The notes under the pieces were generated by a model. It made no database searches. It had not been told where the DNA came from and saw nothing but the letters and a program-made list of their open reading frames with translations. 64,000 nucleotides of DNA from Candidatus Limnocylindrus sp. (lineage in GTDB: Bacteria > Chloroflexota > Limnocylindria > Limnocylindrales > Limnocylindraceae), in NCBI GenBank assembly GCA_040397175.1, contig JBBAWM010000001.1:389931-453930 (forward strand), in the 5' to 3' direction. Shown piece after piece: positions 29,503-38,797 of this stretch. Position 1 is the stretch's first letter; every line of letters starts with the position of its first letter. Both the position numbers and the translations under genes were made by a program.

Positions 29503-32500
29503 GTGAGCGCCAAGATTGATTTCACGCACCTCCACGTCCACAGCGAGTTCAGCCTGCTCGATGGCATGAGCAACCTGGAGGCCCTGATGGAGGAGACGAA
29601 GCGCCTTGGGATGGACTCGATCGCCCTCACCGACCACGGGGCCCTCTACGGCGCCGTGCAGTTCGTGCAGGCCGCAAAGCGGCACGGCATCAAGCCGATC
29701 ATTGGCGTCGAGACCTACGTCGCGCGCCGAGGGATGCGTGATAAGGAGGGGAAGGCCGACCAGCAGCCGTTCCACCTCATCGCCCTCGCCACAAGCGGGA
29801 CGGGCTATCGCAATCTCTGCCGCGTCGTGACCGACGCACATCTTGATGGGCTCTACTACAAGCCACGTACCGACCACGATCATCTTGCGCGGCACGCAGA
29901 AGGACTCGTCGGCCTCTCGGGCTGCCTGAACGGCGAGATCGCCAGGGCGCTCGAGGTTGATGACTGGGAGCATGCGCGTGCTCTTGCCGGGAAGTATGGC
30001 GAAATCTTTGGGAAGGGGCGATTCTTCCTGGAGGTGCAAGATCACGGACTCCCCGAGCAGCGTCGCCTCAACGAACAACTCTTCCGGCTCGCCCCCGAGG
30101 TCGGCCTGCCGCTCGTGCTGACGAATGACCTGCACTACGTGCGCGCCGATCAGCGTGATGCGCACGATGTCCTCCTCTGCATCGGTACGGCGAGCAACAT
30201 TGAAACTCCAGGGCGAATGAAATTCGGCTCGGGTGAGTTCTATCTCAAGTCGCCGCAGCAGATGGCGGCCCTCTTCCCTGATCGCCCGGAGCTGCTCAAG
30301 AACACACGGCTCATCGCCGAGATGGTCGATTTCAGCCTGGAGCTCGGCACGACGCGCGTTCCAGACATTGAGGTACCTGCGGGCGAGAACGTCGAGACGT
30401 GGCTCACCAAGGAGGCGGAGCGCGGCCTGGTCCGCCGATTCGGCACGCCGAGTGACGCGGCACGCGCGCGACTTGAGTACGAGCTGAACGTGATCATCAA
30501 GATGGGGTACGCCGCCTACTTCCTCATCGTGGCCGACTTCGTGCGCTTCGCGCGAGAGCAGGGGATCGCCACCACTTGCCGAGGCAGTGCTCCGGGCTCG
30601 ATTGTCACCTATGCACTCGGCATCACCCCCGTAGACCCGCTGCACTATGAGCTGCCGTTTGAGCGGTTCCTGAATCAAGACCGCGTCACCATGCCCGATA
30701 TCGACATCGACTTTGAAGATGGCCGACGCGATGAGGTGATCCGCTACGTCTCGCAAAAGTATGGTGAGGATCGGGTCGCGCAGATCATCACCTTCGGCAC
30801 GATGGCGGCACGGGCATCGATTCGCGATGTTGGGCGAGTCCTCGGCAAGAGCTACAGCGAGGTTGATCGCATCGCCAAGTCTGTTCCGGCATTACTCAAC
30901 ATCAGCCTCGCCGACGCACGAAAGTCGCCAGAATTTGCGGCGTACGCCGATGGCACGGAGTACAGCGAGCTCATCGGCCTCGCTGAGCAGCTGGAGGGGG
31001 TGGTTCGGAACGCATCCACGCACGCGGCGGGCGTGGTGATCAGCCGGGAGCCATTGACCGAGATCATGGCGCTCCAGCGCGCGACAAACTCTGAGGGGGT
31101 CATGACCCAGATTGAGATGCACGGAGTTGAGGCGCTCGGCCTCCTGAAGTTTGACTTCTTGGGACTGGCAAACCTCACCATCCTTCGAACGGCCGTAGAT
31201 CGCATTCGCGAGACCCGAGGGATTGAGATCGACCTTGATGCGATCCCCCTCGACGACGCGAAGACGTTCGCACTCCTCGCATCGGGTGAAACGACGGGAA
31301 TCTTCCAACTCGAGTCTCCTGGGATGCGCCGGTACATCAAGGAGCTCCGCCCAACGAGTGTCTACGACCTCGCCGCCATGGTGGCCCTCTATCGCCCGGG
31401 TCCGATGGCGAACATCCCGACCTACATCCGTCGTAAGCATGGTCAGGAGGCGGTGACATATCTGCACCCGCTCCTTGAACCGTTCCTCAAGCGAACCTAC
31501 GGCGTCTTCGTCTATCAGGAGGACATCATGGCCGCCGCCTCGGCACTCGGCGGTTTCTCGGGGCCGAAGGCGGACACCCTCGGGTATGCGGTGCGGAAAA
31601 AGAAAGAGGATGTGCTCGCGGGCTTGAAGCAAGAGTTCATCACGAGCGCAGCCGAGCGCGGGGTAGCGCGCGGCACGATCGATAAGGTGTTTGAAGCGTT
31701 TGAGCCGTTTGCGAACTACGGGTTCAACAAGGCACACGCCACCTGCTATGGACTGATTGCGTATCAGACTGCGTACCTCAAGGCGAACTACACGGTGGAG
31801 TACATGACCAGTGTGCTCAACGCGTTCCGCAGCAAAGAGGAGAAGGTTGCCGCAGCTATTGCGGAGTGTCGCCGCCTTGGCATCCCAGTGCTCCCTCCCG
31901 ATGTTGACTTCTCTAATCTCGACTTTGAACCAGAAGGAGAGGCGATCCGGTTTGGCCTCTTGGGGATCAAGAATGTGGGCGCCGGAGCTGCCGAGTCCAT
32001 CGTTGCGGCGCGCGATGCGGGGGAGCCGGCGACTTCGCTGCAGGAGTTCTGCGAGCGAATTGACCTGCGCCTCGCAAACAAGCGCGTCCTTGAAGCGCTG
32101 GCGAAGGTCGGGGCGCTTCGTCGCTTCGGCCATCCGGCGCAGATCCTGCTCGCCCTTGATGACGCGATCTCTGGCGGCTCCAGTGCACAACGCGAGCGTG
32201 CGGCTGGGCAGGTCGGTCTATTCGATGCGATGCCGGAACTTGCCGGCGCAGGAATCCCTGCTCTCCCACATGTAACGGAAGCCTCGACGCGCGAACGGCT
32301 GCGTTGGGAGCGCGAACTGATGGGCGTCTACCTCAGCGATCACCCAATGAACGCGCTTGCGCCAGCGATGCAGTCCTATGTGGGCACCCTCGTTGGCGAC
32401 TTTAGTGATGAGTCGTTCCGCGATGAGACGGCGACTCTCGGCGCGATCGTCTTGAGCATTCGCCAGATGGTCACCAAGAAGGGCGCCTCCATGGCGATCG

Positions 32501-33192
32501 TTACGGTGGAAGATCTCACGGGGAGCATGGAGGTCGTGGTCTTCCCGCAAGTGTGGGAATCGACGAAGAGCTCTTGGATTGAGGGCGAGGGGATCCTCAT
32601 CGCCGGTCGCACCGAGCAGCGCGGCGAAGAGTGGTCAGTACTCGTTGAATCCGTCGTTCCGTGGGAAGAGGCTTCGCGCCTCAGCGCCGACGCCGTCCGC
32701 TCCAAGCTCACCGTTGCAAGCGGGGGGCGGCGCTACGCAAAGCGTTCTGTCGCACCGCTCCCAAACGGCGGGATTCCCGTGGGCATGGTCCCTGAAGGGA
32801 TAGAGACGAGTGGGCCGCTCATGCCAGAGCGTGCACCCGCCGAATTTGACGCGGCTGTTGCGGTCGAGGCGCCACCCGCTGAGCCGCTCGTCGGGGCCAT
32901 GTCGAATCCTGATCCGGTAGAGATTCCCGCGGGCGCGGTGCTGCATATCAAGTTCAAGGCGCGCCAGTCCGTTGAGGAGACGATCCGCGCCATGGAGATC
33001 GTGAAGGGAGAGCTGCGTGCGCGACCAGGGGCGACCCGAGTTGTGGTGCACATCCCCCAGGCTGGTGGCGCCCAGCTCTTGCCGATGGAGCAGCGCAGCG
33101 GTGTCGCCTGGGATGCGGGCCTCCCCGCGATCCTGCGTGACCGCGTGGGGGGCGACGGGATTGAGTTGGAGCTGATCTCACCGGCAACCTGA
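29503..33192 (+). CDS. dnaE: DNA polymerase III alpha subunit (DnaE1 type)
   Basis: PHP domain HLHVHSEFSLLDG/TDHG/TNDLHY, RGSAPGS, MPDIDIDF, KFDFLGL, FNKAHA, clamp-type QVGLF, OB fold. Confidence 0.98.
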   Translation: MSAKIDFTHLHVHSEFSLLDGMSNLEALMEETKRLGMDSIALTDHGALYGAVQFVQAAKRHGIKPIIGVETYVARRGMRDKEGKADQQPFHLIALATSGTGYRNLCRVVTDAHLDGLYYKPRTDHDHLARHAEGLVGLSGCLNGEIARALEVDDWEHARALAGKYGEIFGKGRFFLEVQDHGLPEQRRLNEQLFRLAPEVGLPLVLTNDLHYVRADQRDAHDVLLCIGTASNIETPGRMKFGSGEFYLKSPQQMAALFPDRPELLKNTRLIAEMVDFSLELGTTRVPDIEVPAGENVETWLTKEAERGLVRRFGTPSDAARARLEYELNVIIKMGYAAYFLIVADFVRFAREQGIATTCRGSAPGSIVTYALGITPVDPLHYELPFERFLNQDRVTMPDIDIDFEDGRRDEVIRYVSQKYGEDRVAQIITFGTMAARASIRDVGRVLGKSYSEVDRIAKSVPALLNISLADARKSPEFAAYADGTEYSELIGLAEQLEGVVRNASTHAAGVVISREPLTEIMALQRATNSEGVMTQIEMHGVEALGLLKFDFLGLANLTILRTAVDRIRETRGIEIDLDAIPLDDAKTFALLASGETTGIFQLESPGMRRYIKELRPTSVYDLAAMVALYRPGPMANIPTYIRRKHGQEAVTYLHPLLEPFLKRTYGVFVYQEDIMAAASALGGFSGPKADTLGYAVRKKKEDVLAGLKQEFITSAAERGVARGTIDKVFEAFEPFANYGFNKAHATCYGLIAYQTAYLKANYTVEYMTSVLNAFRSKEEKVAAAIAECRRLGIPVLPPDVDFSNLDFEPEGEAIRFGLLGIKNVGAGAAESIVAARDAGEPATSLQEFCERIDLRLANKRVLEALAKVGALRRFGHPAQILLALDDAISGGSSAQRERAAGQVGLFDAMPELAGAGIPALPHVTEASTRERLRWERELMGVYLSDHPMNALAPAMQSYVGTLVGDFSDESFRDETATLGAIVLSIRQMVTKKGASMAIVTVEDLTGSMEVVVFPQVWESTKSSWIEGEGILIAGRTEQRGEEWSVLVESVVPWEEASRLSADAVRSKLTVASGGRRYAKRSVAPLPNGGIPVGMVPEGIETSGPLMPERAPAEFDAAVAVEAPPAEPLVGAMSNPDPVEIPAGAVLHIKFKARQSVEETIRAMEIVKGELRARPGATRVVVHIPQAGGAQLLPMEQRSGVAWDAGLPAILRDRVGGDGIELELISPAT

Positions 33193-33240
33193 GGAAGATC
33201 CAGCCCTGCAGCATTCTGAAGAAGAGGGGAGAATAGGGGC

Positions 33241-34281
33241 ATGAGCAGCAAAGATTACGCATCCGTTCTCCTGCGGCAGTCCGCCCCAGAGGGTGTTGAT
33301 TGGCGCACCATGTCGGTCGTTGCGCGAGCGCTACTCCTCACGCGCGCATCGGTCCTGCCGCTGACGATTCTTGGCGCGGGGCAGGGCCTCCTCTTTGCCT
33401 GGTGGAGCGGCAACATCAAGGAGGCAACGTTTGGCCTTAACTCCGTGAGCGGCATCCTCCTCGGATTCGCTGCCTTCTTTGGTGCAAATCTCGCCCACGC
33501 GGCAAACAACCTCGCAAACGACTGGCGCGACTATCACGACGGCCTCGATCGACCTGGCTACCCGCGCGCCGATTATTCGCCACACCCAATCGCGTCGGGC
33601 GCCATGTCGAGCCGCACGCTGCTTGTTGCGATCGGCATCTTGACCGCGCTGGCCGCAATCCTCGGTGGCTTCACCATGGTCGTTCGAAACGAGCCACTCC
33701 TCGGCGCCTTTGCGATCGCCGGCCTGATCCTCTCGTGGGGATACACCGATCCACCGCTGCGCCTGAAGCGTCGCGGTCTCGGTGAGCTCTCCGCCTTCAT
33801 CGTCTGGGGGCCACTGATGGGTGGCGGAACGTATCTCGCCGCTACCGGCTCCATTGATGCGATCGCGTTGATCGCCACGCTGCCATGGGCGCTCTTCGTC
33901 ACCGCTGTGCTCTTTGGTAAGCATCTCGACAAGATCGAGGCTGATGGCTCGCGCGGCGTGAAGACGTTCGTCGTCCGCATCGGAGAGCGACGCGCTCGCG
34001 CCTTCACGACTGTTCTAATCTCCGCCGGCTATCTGGGGATCGCGATCTTCTCGATCCCTGCGATCCATATCTTCCCGTGGTTTGTTGCGCCGCTCGCTGG
34101 GCTCGGCGCGATATCTGCGCTCCCAGCACTGAAGATCGTTGCTGCGCCCCGCCCGTCGGCACCGCCCGCAGGCTATCCGCTCTGGCCGCTCTGGCACGTT
34201 GGCGCGGCGTTCCTCGCCTCGCGCCCTGCAATGGGCGCGCTCCTTGTTGGACTGGTTGTTGGGGCGATCCTCGGCCGCTAA
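33241..34281 (+). CDS. menA: UbiA-family prenyltransferase (MenA-like)
   Basis: NLANDWRDYHDGLD, YTDPPLRLKRRGLGE, DKIEADGSRGVKT; multiple TM helices. Confidence 0.8.
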   Translation: MSSKDYASVLLRQSAPEGVDWRTMSVVARALLLTRASVLPLTILGAGQGLLFAWWSGNIKEATFGLNSVSGILLGFAAFFGANLAHAANNLANDWRDYHDGLDRPGYPRADYSPHPIASGAMSSRTLLVAIGILTALAAILGGFTMVVRNEPLLGAFAIAGLILSWGYTDPPLRLKRRGLGELSAFIVWGPLMGGGTYLAATGSIDAIALIATLPWALFVTAVLFGKHLDKIEADGSRGVKTFVVRIGERRARAFTTVLISAGYLGIAIFSIPAIHIFPWFVAPLAGLGAISALPALKIVAAPRPSAPPAGYPLWPLWHVGAAFLASRPAMGALLVGLVVGAILGR

Positions 34282-34292
34282 GCCTCGGGAGG

Positions 34293-34508
34293 TTACTTCC
34301 CCTTCGCCTCAGGTCGCGCGACGCGGGCGGGCGGAACGCGCAGGGCCTCAAACTTCGCAAGCTCAACCTCAATCGCTGCGACCTCTGCGGCGGCGGCTCG
34401 CCATTCAGATGAGCCGGCGGTTGCGGCGGCGCGCTTTGCGCGGGCGGCGCCGTGTTCGCGCATGAGGGTGGGGCGATCGGCGCGCGGGGTGAATGCCTTC
34501 TCGCTCAT
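34293..34508 (-). CDS. Hypothetical 71-aa helical protein
   Basis: SD AAGGGAGG before ATG 34508; MSEKAFTPRADRPTLMREH...AAEVAAIEVELAKFE; lies 21 nt downstream of tRNA-Leu(TAA). Confidence 0.7.
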   Translation of the reverse strand: MSEKAFTPRADRPTLMREHGAARAKRAAATAGSSEWRAAAAEVAAIEVELAKFEALRVPPARVARPEAKGK

Positions 34509-34529
34509 GTTGCCTCCCTTTAATGACGG

Positions 34530-34616
34530 TGGTGCCGAAGGCGGGACTCGAACCCGCATGATCTCATCGACCGGCCGATTTTAAGTCGGATGCGTCTGCC
34601 ATTTCGCCACTTCGGC
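34530..34616 (-). tRNA. tRNA-Leu(TAA)
   Basis: GCCGAAG/CTTCGGC acceptor, anticodon loop CTTAAAA, long variable arm, TTCGAGT T-loop, ACCA end; own -10 TACGAT just upstream. Confidence 0.95.
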
Positions 34617-34643
34617 CCCCCTATCGTAGCGGGGCGGTGGCTT

Positions 34644-34729
34644 TGGTACCGAAGGTGGGAGTCGAACCCACATGACCTTTCAGTCGACCGATTTTGAGTC
34701 GGTTGCGTCTGCCATTTCGCCACTTCGGC
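34644..34729 (-). tRNA. tRNA-Leu(CAA)
   Basis: GCCGAAG/CTTCGGT acceptor, ACCGA-CTCAAAA-TCGGT arm, variable arm GACT-GAAA-GGTC, ACCA end; -10 TAGGAT at 34738-34743 (-). Confidence 0.96.
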
Positions 34730-34764
34730 ACCCGTAGATCCTAGCGGCGCGGCACACTAGGCAC

Positions 34765-35427
34765 ATGACACGCAGCGGCAGAGCGGGCGGTGGCGAGGGG
34801 GCTGAGCGTACGGCGCTGCTCGCCGCCGCACGAGCGGGCTCTCAGGACGCCTTCCGCGACCTCTTCACCCCCGACCTCGACCTTGCGTGGCGGATGGCGC
34901 TGCGCATCACGGGGAGCGAGGCGAGTGCCGACGACGCCTTGCAGGCGGGGCTAATTTCGGCATACCGCTCCCTCGACCGTGTCGAGCCGACGAATCTGCG
35001 TGGCTGGTTTGTGCGGATCGTGGAGAACGCCGCGCGCGACCTGATGCGCCGTGAGCGCCGACACCCGACACTCCCGTTCGCGGGCGAATCGCCCGAGGAG
35101 GCGGGAGAGGGTGCACGGCGTGAACGATTCGCCGCAGAGCCACAGGCGGGGGTGGCCTCTGACCCAGCGCAGCGTGCTGAGGCGAGCGAGCTCGCCGCGG
35201 CCCTGGCCAAGGCTCTTGGGGTGATTCCCGAGGAGCGACGCCGGGCGATCTTCCTCTACGACGTGGATGGCTATGACTATGCAGAGATCGCCGAACTGAC
35301 CGGGGTATCGGTAGGAACGATTAAGAGCCGCATCAGCCGAGGGCGCGAGGAGCTGCGTCGCCTCCTCGCCGACCTGCGGCCGGGAACCGCTGGCGCACCG
35401 TTATCGTTGGGAGAGCGAGATGAATAA
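34765..35427 (+). CDS. ECF-type RNA polymerase sigma factor
   Basis: Region 2 (AARAGSQDAFRDL...ADDALQ...GWFVRIVENAARD) and region 4 (DGYDYAEIAELTGVSVGTIKSRISRGR). Confidence 0.92.
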   Translation: MTRSGRAGGGEGAERTALLAAARAGSQDAFRDLFTPDLDLAWRMALRITGSEASADDALQAGLISAYRSLDRVEPTNLRGWFVRIVENAARDLMRRERRHPTLPFAGESPEEAGEGARRERFAAEPQAGVASDPAQRAEASELAAALAKALGVIPEERRRAIFLYDVDGYDYAEIAELTGVSVGTIKSRISRGREELRRLLADLRPGTAGAPLSLGERDE

Positions 35428-35902
35428 CGCCTCTAGCACCCCTGAGCACGATGTGCTGAGCGCCTATCGCGCCAGTGAGCCCCGCCGCGCCCGCGACCCG
35501 TTCGCTAACCCCGCCCTGCGCCTCGAGGTCGCACGCATCGCTGAAGCTCGCGCCCAGCGCGCTGCCAGCGGCTGGCGATCAGCCCTCTTTGGCTGGATGA
35601 GCGCCGCGCCGCGTGGAGCCCTCGCGGGCGCCGCCTTCTCTGCAGCACTCCTGCTTGGGGGCGTTGCTGGCCAGTTGGCAGGCAGCACCGATGGCACCTC
35701 GCGAATGGAGGCGGGGGCGGTCCCGCTTGCAGCGAGCCTGGCCCCCGGAGCCTCGATTGATGCGAAGGCGGATGGCGCGAGCGACGGGCTCCTTGAGTCG
35801 GAGACGCTAGACGGCGCCACCATCGCCTCTGGGGTCGCACTCCTTCTGATGACGGGGAGCCTTGCGGTGGTCTTCGTGAGCGTGCGAAGGCGTCGCGCTT
35901 AG
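35420..35902 (+). CDS. Putative membrane anti-sigma factor
   Basis: Overlaps the ECF stop; short cytoplasmic N-terminus, two hydrophobic helices, basic C-terminal tail; function inferred from position. Confidence 0.6.
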   Translation: MNNASSTPEHDVLSAYRASEPRRARDPFANPALRLEVARIAEARAQRAASGWRSALFGWMSAAPRGALAGAAFSAALLLGGVAGQLAGSTDGTSRMEAGAVPLAASLAPGASIDAKADGASDGLLESETLDGATIASGVALLLMTGSLAVVFVSVRRRRA

Positions 35903-35938
35903 CCGAAGGGCCCTGCACTCCTGCGGTACCCTCGGGGT

Positions 35939-38797
35939 ATGCCATCCAAACGCCGACTCCTCCTCGTTGATGCCTATGGGCTGATCTACCGCGCCTTTCA
36001 TGCTCTCCCACCGCTGACAAATAGCCGCGGCCAACTCACCAACGCGGCGTACGGCTTCACCAGCATCCTGCTGCGAACGATGGCCGATGTGGACCCTGAG
36101 CGGGCGATCGTGGCCTTTGACGCCCCAGGCACCACCTATCGACACGAGCGATTCCCTGCGTACAAGGCACAGCGGCCGTCGATGCCCGACGAGCTGCGCT
36201 CGCAGGTGCCGATCGTGCGCGACCTCGTTGCAGCGCTCGGCCTCCCACTCCTTGAGGCAACTGGCTATGAGGCAGATGACGTCATTGGCACCATCGCCAC
36301 CGCCGCGGAGCGCGACGGCTGGGAGGTACACATCGTCTCAGGGGACCTCGACATGCTGCAGCTGGTTACCAACAAGGTGCACCTGATGCACACTGCCAAG
36401 GGTGGTGCTGATGCGATCGTTGAATACGATCCAGAGCGAGTCTTCGCGCGGTACGGTCTCACCCCAGAGCAGATGGTCGACTTTAAGTCCCTCAAGGGTG
36501 ACAGTTCCGACAACATTCCTGGAGTTCCAGGTGTGGGCGAGAAGACCGCCTCCAAGTTGATTGCAACCTTTGGCTCCCTAGAGCAGCTCTACGCGCGTTT
36601 GGATGAGGTTGAGCCGGTACGCATCCGCGAGGCGCTCGCTGCAAACCGTGATGCAGCTTTTGCCGGCCAAGGGCTGATGACCATCGATCGCGATGCACCA
36701 CTCGCCCTACCGGCCACGGGGGGCGAGATTGGGGTCTATGACCGCGATGCGGCGCTCGCCCTCTTCCGTGACCTGGAGTTCCGTGCACTCGCGCAGCGCC
36801 TACCCCCTCTCATTGGTGAAGATCGTGTCGCAGCAAACGCCGCAGTGAGCGCTGCAGCGGCGGGGGCTGCGCTGCGTGGCTCCGCTGCGCCGGCCGCAAA
36901 GGCTGCTCCGAAGGCGAGCCCTGCAAGCGACCTACAACTTGGGTTCAACTTCGATGCGGTGACGGCGGGGAATGCCGCTGCCGGCCGATCGACGCAGGCG
37001 GAGAGCAGCACCACAGATGAGTCAGATGCCCACGTCAAGATTGAGCAGGTGAAGCGAGGTGAGCTCGCGGCGGCTGGGATCCGCGTCTTGCGCGCGGCTG
37101 ATGAGGCACGGGATGCGTTCCGCGGCCTCTCGGCACAGGGGCACCTAGCGATTGGCGGCGTTGGTGCGGACCGGCGTGGCCCCGAGGCAGAGCTGGCGAT
37201 TGCAATCGTTGATGACGCGGGCACGATTCTCGCCGCTGATGACGGCGCCGTCGTGCACGCGCTGCTTGAATCGTTGGCAAGCTCAAACCGTGAGATTGCC
37301 GGCCTTGGCATAAAGGGCTTGATCGGCGCCATGGTGAGCATTCGACCCGACTCCTCGCCGCACCTTGTTGACGATGTTGCGCTAGGAACCTGGATCTCTA
37401 ATGTGACGATGCGCAATCCCGGCCTCGTAGAGGTTGCCTCGGTTCGACTCGGTGCGGATCTTCCTGACAGGCTCGAGCCGCTTCAGGAGGCGGTCCTTGC
37501 CGCACTTGTGACACGCGCTTCGCGTGGCCCACTCGCCGAGGAGTTGCGCGAGGCGGGCACGCTACGCCTCTACCGCGAGATTGAGCTGCCACTCGTCGAA
37601 GTACTTGCGCGCATGGAGATCGCGGGCGTTGCCGTGGATCAGGCAGCGCTGGCCGAGCTTGGCACCGCATTTGGTGCAGAGATCACCCGACTTGAGCGCG
37701 AGGCGGTACGGTCGGTCGGCCACGAGGTGGCACTTGGCTCGCCGAAGCAGCTCGGCGAACTTCTCTTCGTGGAGCTCAACCTCTCGAAAGGGAAGAAGAC
37801 AAAGACAGGCGCCTGGTCGACCGATGCGAGCGTGCTGGAAGAGATCCAGGGAGAGCACCCGATCGTTGGAATTGCCATGGAGTGGCGCACTGTTTCGAAG
37901 CTGCAGAGCACCTATGTGGAGGCGCTGCCGAAGCTCGTCGAGGGCGATGGCCGGGTCCACACCACCTTCCAGCAGGCGGTGGCGGCAACGGGGCGACTCA
38001 GCTCGACCGATCCGAACCTGCAGAACATTCCGATCCGCACCGCGCTCGGCCGCAAGATTCGCAACACCTTCATTGCCGAAAAGGGGAACACGCTGGTGGC
38101 GGCCGACTACAGCCAGATTGAGTTGCGCATCTTGGCGCACGTCACCCGCGACGAGCACCTGATCGCTGCCTTCGCCGCCGGCGAAGATATTCACCGAGCG
38201 ACCGCCGCCCGCGTACTCGGTAAGTCCGCCGCCGACGTGAACGACGATGAGCGCGCCATGGCCAAGATGGTGAACTTTGGCATTGCCTACGGCATGGGCG
38301 ACTTCGGCCTGGCCACGCGAGCTGGGATTTCCCGCGATGCGGCGAAGTCCTTCATCGCGGGCTACTTCGAGCGCTACCCGGGAATTCGTCGCTATATCGA
38401 CACCATCAAGGAGGAGGCCCGAACGAACGGCTCGGTCACGACGCAGCTCGGACGCCGCCGGCCGATCCCTGAGCTCCGAGCGGGGAACCCTGCACTGCGT
38501 GCGGCGGGGGAGCGCGCCGCGATCAACCATCCGATTCAGGGAACGGCGGCCGACGTGATCAAGATCGCCATGATCCGGTTGGCGCCACGACTTGCAGAGG
38601 CGGGGCTCAAGTCACGACTCGTGCTGCAGGTGCACGACGAACTGTTGCTTGAGGTGCTGAATGGTGAAGTTGATCGCCTGGTGCCAATTCTCGTGGAGAC
38701 GATGGAGGGGGCACTCGCACTAGATGTGCCACTCACCGTTGAGGTGAAGAGCGGTCCCCGATGGGACGAGATGAAGCCGTGGACCGCCCGTGCCTGA
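35939..38797 (+). CDS. polA: DNA polymerase I
   Basis: 5' nuclease LVDAYGLIYRAFHA, YEADDVIGT, GDSSDNIPGVPGVGEKTA; polymerase TGRLSSTDPNLQNIP, ADYSQIELR, QVHDEL. Confidence 0.98.
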   Translation: MPSKRRLLLVDAYGLIYRAFHALPPLTNSRGQLTNAAYGFTSILLRTMADVDPERAIVAFDAPGTTYRHERFPAYKAQRPSMPDELRSQVPIVRDLVAALGLPLLEATGYEADDVIGTIATAAERDGWEVHIVSGDLDMLQLVTNKVHLMHTAKGGADAIVEYDPERVFARYGLTPEQMVDFKSLKGDSSDNIPGVPGVGEKTASKLIATFGSLEQLYARLDEVEPVRIREALAANRDAAFAGQGLMTIDRDAPLALPATGGEIGVYDRDAALALFRDLEFRALAQRLPPLIGEDRVAANAAVSAAAAGAALRGSAAPAAKAAPKASPASDLQLGFNFDAVTAGNAAAGRSTQAESSTTDESDAHVKIEQVKRGELAAAGIRVLRAADEARDAFRGLSAQGHLAIGGVGADRRGPEAELAIAIVDDAGTILAADDGAVVHALLESLASSNREIAGLGIKGLIGAMVSIRPDSSPHLVDDVALGTWISNVTMRNPGLVEVASVRLGADLPDRLEPLQEAVLAALVTRASRGPLAEELREAGTLRLYREIELPLVEVLARMEIAGVAVDQAALAELGTAFGAEITRLEREAVRSVGHEVALGSPKQLGELLFVELNLSKGKKTKTGAWSTDASVLEEIQGEHPIVGIAMEWRTVSKLQSTYVEALPKLVEGDGRVHTTFQQAVAATGRLSSTDPNLQNIPIRTALGRKIRNTFIAEKGNTLVAADYSQIELRILAHVTRDEHLIAAFAAGEDIHRATAARVLGKSAADVNDDERAMAKMVNFGIAYGMGDFGLATRAGISRDAAKSFIAGYFERYPGIRRYIDTIKEEARTNGSVTTQLGRRRPIPELRAGNPALRAAGERAAINHPIQGTAADVIKIAMIRLAPRLAEAGLKSRLVLQVHDELLLEVLNGEVDRLVPILVETMEGALALDVPLTVEVKSGPRWDEMKPWTARA

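Noticed and set aside
29503-33192. Intein or frameshift in dnaE (also checked in pcrA and ligA)
   Set aside because: Lengths and motif order are normal; no intein splice motifs or homing endonuclease insert seen.
34530-34616. bldA-like regulatory role for tRNA-Leu(TAA)
   Set aside because: TTA codons occur in core genes here (for example gatA ctg-tta-aac, uvrA tac-tta-aag, yggT), so the tRNA must be constitutively needed.
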